A DNA stretch of 64,000 bases from Candidatus Multivorans sp. (GTDB taxonomy: Bacteria > Acidobacteriota > Thermoanaerobaculia > Multivoradales > Multivoraceae). Below are positions 59,558 through 64,000 of this stretch, one piece after another; position 1 is the first letter of the stretch, and each line of letters begins with the position of its first letter. The notes below the pieces were generated by a model that was not told where the DNA came from, did not search any database, and saw only the letters and a list, made by a program, of their open reading frames with translations. The stretch covers positions 864,001-928,000 of the forward strand of contig OZ251997.1 of NCBI GenBank assembly GCA_965247095.1. The letters are read 5' to 3'. Position numbers and translations under genes: made by a program.

Positions 59558-60467
59558 ACCGGCGGTTCGCGAAGGGACCGCCGGCCGGGATCTGACTACC
59601 GGCCGGGCCGACTTCATCGAGCGGGCGCAGACGGAGGGCGAGTTGTTCATCGAGCAGCCGTACGAGCTCTACAGCGAGTCGAACCAGCGGACCTGGAGGC
59701 GCCTCTACCGGGCGCTCGCCGGACGCTGGGAGAAGCACGCCCACCCGCGTTTCCTCAATGGCGTGACGCGCCTGGCGCTCGACCCGGACCGCATCCCACG
59801 CCTCGCCGACATCAACGGGTTCCTGGAGCCCCTGAGCGGCTTCAAGGCGCGGGCGGTGAGCGGCTACGTGCCGGCGTACCTGTTCTTCGATTGTCTGAGG
59901 CGGAGGGAGTTTCCGACCACGATCACCGTCCGCGACGGCGAGCGGCTCGGCTATCTTCCCGAGCCGGACATCTTCCACGACCTGGCCGGGCACGTGCCGA
60001 TGCACACGGATCCGGCGTTCGCGGATGTGCTGGCGCGCTTCGGCGAGGCTGCCCGCACGGCCGCACTGCGGGCCCGGGAGGGTAGCTGCCGGCGCGTCGA
60101 GAGCGCGCTCCGGGCGCTGGCCCGGTTCTTCTGGTTCACGATCGAGTTCGGCCTCATGCGACGGCCGGACGGGAGCGGACTGTGCGCATACGGCAGCGGT
60201 CTTCTGAGTTCGGCCGGCGAGATCGAGCACGCGCTGGAATCCCCCGACGTGCAGCGGATCCCGTTCCAGCTCGACTGGGTCGTGAACCAGAGCTTCGAGA
60301 TCGATTCGCTGCAGCCTCTGCTCTTCGTGGTCGACGGTTTCGACCACCTGGAGCGCGAGGTCCGTCGACTGGAGGGTTGGCTCGGCGCTGGGCGCCTGGA
60401 CAACGTGGCCCCGGGCGAGCCGGCGGTCAGCCGCGAGGACCTGCGCTCGTTTCTGGAAGCGGGCTAG
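59535..60467 (+). CDS. phhA: Phenylalanine 4-monooxygenase
   Basis: YLPEPDIFHDLAGHVPM, LARFFWFTIEFGL, AYGSGLLSSAGE, IDSLQPLLFVV. Confidence 0.95.
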   Translation: MPIAGAVEPAVREGTAGRDLTTGRADFIERAQTEGELFIEQPYELYSESNQRTWRRLYRALAGRWEKHAHPRFLNGVTRLALDPDRIPRLADINGFLEPLSGFKARAVSGYVPAYLFFDCLRRREFPTTITVRDGERLGYLPEPDIFHDLAGHVPMHTDPAFADVLARFGEAARTAALRAREGSCRRVESALRALARFFWFTIEFGLMRRPDGSGLCAYGSGLLSSAGEIEHALESPDVQRIPFQLDWVVNQSFEIDSLQPLLFVVDGFDHLEREVRRLEGWLGAGRLDNVAPGEPAVSREDLRSFLEAG

Positions 60468-60477
60468 CAGCTAGCAG

Positions 60478-61965
60478 CTAGTAGCCGGGCGGACGTTCGA
60501 AGCCGCCGATCCGTTCGCTCAGACGGCGGCCGAGGTCGAGGGTCGTCCGGTCCTCCAGGAAGGGGCCGGCGATCTGGAGCCCGACAGGGAGGCCGTCGCT
60601 TGCCGTGCCGGCCGGAATCACGGTCGCGGGCAGGTAGGCGACGCCGGTGAGGCCGACCCAGAGGGTTTGCTCGCCGTAGGCGCGTCGCTCGCCGTTGACG
60701 GTGATGCGCCGCGCTCCCATCGGCTCGCTGTGGTCGTGGGGGATCGCCGTGGTCGGCAGGTTGGGCAGGAGCACGGCGTCCCAATTCTTGAAGAAGTCGT
60801 GCCACTTGCGCCGCATCTGGAGCCGGCGCTCGTTCGCCGACAGCCAGGCGCGGTGCCGCTGGGAGGCCCAGCGGGCGGCGAGGGCGCCCTCCTCGTCGAT
60901 CGACACGCCGCGTTCGGCGAGTTCCTCGATCTCGGCGTGGCTGAAGCCGCCGCACATTGCGGCGCCCAGCAGTTGGCCGAAGACCCCCGTCGCGTAGTCG
61001 AAGGTGAAGTCCGGCCGCGCCCCGCGGTCGACGTTGGCGCCGGCGCTCTCAAGGGCATCCGCCGCCCTTTCGAGCTGCTCGCGGACCACATCGTCGATCG
61101 GACAGGACGGTTCCTCGAACCACACCGCGACCCGGTAGTCGCTCAGGCGCCCGTGCCGGGGCGGCGGCAGCTCCAGGCGAAAGCCGGGGGCGTGCCAGTC
61201 GTCCGGTCCGGCGAGGATGTCGAGGCCGAGTTCAAGGTCCTCGACGGTGCGCGCCATCGGTCCGGCCACCGCAATGTCGGCCTGGGTCAGGGTGCCGGGC
61301 GGCCCCGGGATCTGGCCCAGGGCCGGCACGATGCCATAGCTCGGCTTGTGGCCGCAGATGCCGCAGGTCGAGGCCGGGCCGCGGATCGAACCGCCGATGT
61401 CGCTGCCGAGTTCGAGCGGCGTGAAGCCGGCCGCGAGCGCGGCGGCAGAGCCGCCCGATGACCCGCCCGGCGTGCGCTCCAGATTCCAGGGGTTGTTCGT
61501 CTGATCGAAGACCGCGTTGTAGCTCTGCGTATCGCCGGCGTAGATCGGCAGGTTCGTCTTGCCGAAGATGACCGCGCCGGCGGCGCGCAGCCGGGCCACC
61601 GGCACGGCGTCGACCTCAGGAATGTGTTCGCTGAGTTCGGGCGCGCCGGACGTCGTGCGCATGCCGACGGTCTGGAACGAGTCCTTGATCGTCATCGCCA
61701 CGCCGTGGAGCGGGCCTGGATCCCGGCCCTCGGTCAGCGCCCGGTCGGCGGCGTCCGCTTCGCTCCGCGCCCGCTCGGCGTCGAGCGTGACGACGGTGTT
61801 GAGCGGCGGGTTCAGCCGCTCGACCCGGTCGAGGAGGAGTTCCAGGTAGTCGCGGGAGGAGATGCGGCCGGCGCGGATCGCGGCGGCGGCCTCTGCGGTC
61901 GACCAGTAGGCCGCGTCTTCGGTCGGATTTGTGCCGGCGTTTGAAACCGGAGGCTGAGCGTTCAT
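60478..61965 (-). CDS. Amidase signature family enzyme
   Basis: GPLHGVAMTIKD, GKTNLP, PGGSSGGS, GSDIGGSIR, GLPVGLQ. Confidence 0.93.
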   Translation of the reverse strand: MNAQPPVSNAGTNPTEDAAYWSTAEAAAAIRAGRISSRDYLELLLDRVERLNPPLNTVVTLDAERARSEADAADRALTEGRDPGPLHGVAMTIKDSFQTVGMRTTSGAPELSEHIPEVDAVPVARLRAAGAVIFGKTNLPIYAGDTQSYNAVFDQTNNPWNLERTPGGSSGGSAAALAAGFTPLELGSDIGGSIRGPASTCGICGHKPSYGIVPALGQIPGPPGTLTQADIAVAGPMARTVEDLELGLDILAGPDDWHAPGFRLELPPPRHGRLSDYRVAVWFEEPSCPIDDVVREQLERAADALESAGANVDRGARPDFTFDYATGVFGQLLGAAMCGGFSHAEIEELAERGVSIDEEGALAARWASQRHRAWLSANERRLQMRRKWHDFFKNWDAVLLPNLPTTAIPHDHSEPMGARRITVNGERRAYGEQTLWVGLTGVAYLPATVIPAGTASDGLPVGLQIAGPFLEDRTTLDLGRRLSERIGGFERPPGY

Positions 61966-61992
61966 GGCGCGGAGGGTAGCAGTGCGGCTCGA

Positions 61993-62008
61993 TGGCACCA
62001 TGCTTGCA
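61993..62008 (+). promoter_or_regulatory. Sigma54 (-24/-12) promoter
   Basis: Exact TGGCAC-N5-TTGCA in the intergenic region, facing the VWA genes. Confidence 0.75.
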
Positions 62009-62099
62009 TCCTCCTGCAAGCGAGATCCCCCAACCGTGCTGTCGCTGTGAGCTGAAGATGAGGAAGCGGTACGAATGACCAAGGAAGGGAATCTGTGTC

Positions 62100-62281
62100 C
62101 TCTTCCGAGGTCATTTCCGGCGAGGCAACCTGGAGGTCGTGCTTGAGGACCAGGATGGAAACCGCGGTACCCGTTCCACGCCGAAGTCACGATGCGGCGT
62201 CTACGGCATACACTCGTCGTGATGGTTCACGATCCGTTGTCGCGCCTGACCGCAAGCGCACGCATGGAGGTGGAGCCATGA
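62100..62281 (+). pseudogene. Hollowed remnant of a VWA paralog
   Basis: NLEVVLEDQDGNR (62127-62165) matches the N-terminus and PFHAEVTMRRLRHTLVVMVHDPLSRLTASARMEVEP* matches the C-terminus of the downstream VWA protein. Confidence 0.8.
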
Positions 62282-62394
62282 AAGTGGAACAGACCATTCG
62301 CAGGACGCTGCTCGTTTCGGCGGCGATACATGGAGGTGGAGCCATGAAAGTGGAACAGACCATTCGCAGAACGCTGCTCGTTTCGGCGGCGATA
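62263..62394 (+). repeat. 66-bp tandem duplication of RBS, start codon and signal peptide
   Basis: CATGGAGGTGGAGCCATGAAAGTG...GGCGATA twice, 1 mismatch. Confidence 0.92.
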
Positions 62395-63936
62395 CTGGGC
62401 CTGGGCTGGATGGCGTCGGCAGCGGCGCCGTCGGCGGCTCAGGAGGTGGCGCCGCAGTCTCCGGGCGAACTCGTCTTCGGCGAGGAAGTCGAGGTCCGGG
62501 TGGTCAACCTCGAGGTTGTGGTCGAGGACCGGTCCGGGCAGCGGGTCGGCGGCCTGAGCCGTGACGACTTTCGTATCCTCGTGGACGGCGAGGAGGTCGA
62601 CGTCCAGTACTTCACCGAGGTGTCCCAGAAGCAGGCCGTGGCCGTCACCGGCGCCGAAGCGCCGCCGGCCGTCGCCGAGGGCGAGCCGGTCGCCACGAAC
62701 TACGTGCTCTTCGTCGACGATGACCATACCCATGTGACCTTCCGGCGGCCGGTGCTGCGCGGGTTCAGTAACCGGCTAGAGGAGCTTGCCGCGCACGACC
62801 AGGTAGCCGTGGTGGTGCAGAGCCGGCGCCGGTTGGAGATCCTGAGTCCTTTCACAACGGACCGCGATGCGACCCGGACCGCGCTGGACGCGCTGGACAA
62901 GGGCGGACGTTACGGGGGCTTCCTGCGCGCCAACTCACAGGCCTTTTCTTGGCATCTGCAGCAGCGCGTGACTGACGTACTCGGGGTTGCCGGGCAGCAA
63001 CTCGGGCGTAGCGCGTTCCTGGGGGAGTTCGCGTACGCGGATATCCGGTGGCAGGACCTCCGGTTCTCCATCGACGCGGTCGTTTCCACGATGCGCACAC
63101 TCGCCCCCCCGGCGGGGCGCAAGGTTCTCCTCTTGCTGGCCGGGAACTGGCAAACCGGGAACTTCCGGGTTCGCGACGAAGGCGTCGGCTACACGACGGA
63201 CCTTGATCTCCTCGACGGTTTGATCGACACGGCCAACCTGCTCGGCTACACCGTCTATCCGATGGACCAGCAAACCAACCGGCTGCGTATGCGGTTGTGG
63301 CAGAACTTGCGCTACATGGCCCGGGACACGGGCGGCAAGGCGTTCATGGCCGGAAGCAACGTCAAGGCCCTGGAGATCGTGAACGCCGATACGTCGAACT
63401 ACTACTGGCTGGGCTTCATTCCGGAGTACCGGCGCGACGACCGGGCGCACGACCTCCGGGTCGAGGTCCTGAAGCCGAGACTCCGGGTGCGCTCGCGCAG
63501 GGGCTACCTGGACCTGTCCCGCCGCGCCGAGGCCGACATGGAGGCTCAGCGCGCGCTACTGTTCCCTTCTGAAGGACGGTCCGAGGGCGATCCTCTGCGC
63601 GTCGAGATCGGCGAGGCGGAGAGAGTGAACCGCCGCAAGATGAGCGTGCCGGTCACGGTCTACCTGTCCGTAGGGCGCTTCCCGGCGCTGCCGTACGACG
63701 GCCATTTCGTGCAGCAACTGGAACTGCGCTTCGCCATCGTCGATCGCCTCGGCCGACAGTCGGAGCTTCAGGTCATTCCCCTGTCACTGGGCGGCCGATC
63801 CCAGCCGGCGCCCGGCGATGTCGTCCTCTACCGGACCTTTCTGTCCATGCGCCGGCAGCACCATGACCTGGTGGTCACGGTCCACGATCCACTGTCGCGG
63901 TTGACGGTTGCCGCCCGGCTTCCGGTGGCGCCGTGA
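62278..63936 (+). CDS. Secreted VWA-domain protein (Acidobacterial VWFA-related)
   Basis: FGEEVEVRVVNLEVVVED, GLSRDDF, GRKVLLL, ARDTGG, YYWLGF, VRSRRGY; alternative start at 62344. Confidence 0.87.
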   Translation: MKVEQTIRRTLLVSAAIHGGGAMKVEQTIRRTLLVSAAILGLGWMASAAAPSAAQEVAPQSPGELVFGEEVEVRVVNLEVVVEDRSGQRVGGLSRDDFRILVDGEEVDVQYFTEVSQKQAVAVTGAEAPPAVAEGEPVATNYVLFVDDDHTHVTFRRPVLRGFSNRLEELAAHDQVAVVVQSRRRLEILSPFTTDRDATRTALDALDKGGRYGGFLRANSQAFSWHLQQRVTDVLGVAGQQLGRSAFLGEFAYADIRWQDLRFSIDAVVSTMRTLAPPAGRKVLLLLAGNWQTGNFRVRDEGVGYTTDLDLLDGLIDTANLLGYTVYPMDQQTNRLRMRLWQNLRYMARDTGGKAFMAGSNVKALEIVNADTSNYYWLGFIPEYRRDDRAHDLRVEVLKPRLRVRSRRGYLDLSRRAEADMEAQRALLFPSEGRSEGDPLRVEIGEAERVNRRKMSVPVTVYLSVGRFPALPYDGHFVQQLELRFAIVDRLGRQSELQVIPLSLGGRSQPAPGDVVLYRTFLSMRRQHHDLVVTVHDPLSRLTVAARLPVAP

Positions 63937-63962
63937 GAGGGTTGGCTATGGGTTCTTTCGCA

Positions 63963-64000
63963 GAGGAGTAGCCATGAAACGAGGAGTCGCCATGAAACGA
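63963..64000 (+). repeat. 18-bp tandem duplication of RBS and start codon of the next (truncated) gene
   Basis: GAGGAGT(A/C)GCCATGAAAC twice; in-frame ATGs at 63974 and 63992. Confidence 0.7.

Overview
A very GC-rich bacterial window with no recognisable rRNA, tRNA or CRISPR array. Gene content points by inference to an Acidobacteriota (Thermoanaerobaculia-like), possibly host- or sponge-associated genome: Acidobacterial VWA proteins, an Oar-like TonB receptor, CRTAC/TPR, DUF1549/1553 and DUF1501 genes, cadherin/Fn3/Calx-beta surface proteins, and a Uma2 gene. From left to right: partial M20 peptidase; PQQ dehydrogenase and FAH hydrolase; a ~14.5 kb minus-strand run (CRTAC1, TPR, cytochrome c DUF1549/1553, DUF1501, two VWA genes); a decayed toxin-antitoxin/Uma2 patch; a Cys-rich TonB receptor plus a paralog stump; CoA-transferase, MFS, TIM-barrel and DUF4159 genes; a tandem metallo-beta-lactamase pair; a PQQ propeller; DUF255; an Lrp-linked chaperone/P-domain surface-protein locus broken by an IS4 element; a sialidase-like/CDT-like/chorismate mutase fusion; a pseudogenised Calx-beta autotransporter; a tandem IDH pair; a ThDP enzyme; an Lrp-aminotransferase-hppD-hmgA-phhA cluster; an amidase; and a VWA gene behind a sigma54-type motif. 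Most notable: (1) two translationally coupled IDH paralogs with complementary loss of active-site residues, suggesting a eukaryote-like catalytic/regulatory heteromer; (2) the lipoprotein fusion of an Asp-box propeller, a CDT-like domain and chorismate mutase; (3) a REP-like palindrome family, including an in-frame triplicated copy inside a gene and a 72-nt two-hairpin module with a compensatory base change; (4) an intact MBL paralog that has lost four metal ligands; (5) many hollowed gene remnants that keep only their ends. All calls come from reading motifs by eye; no searches were run.
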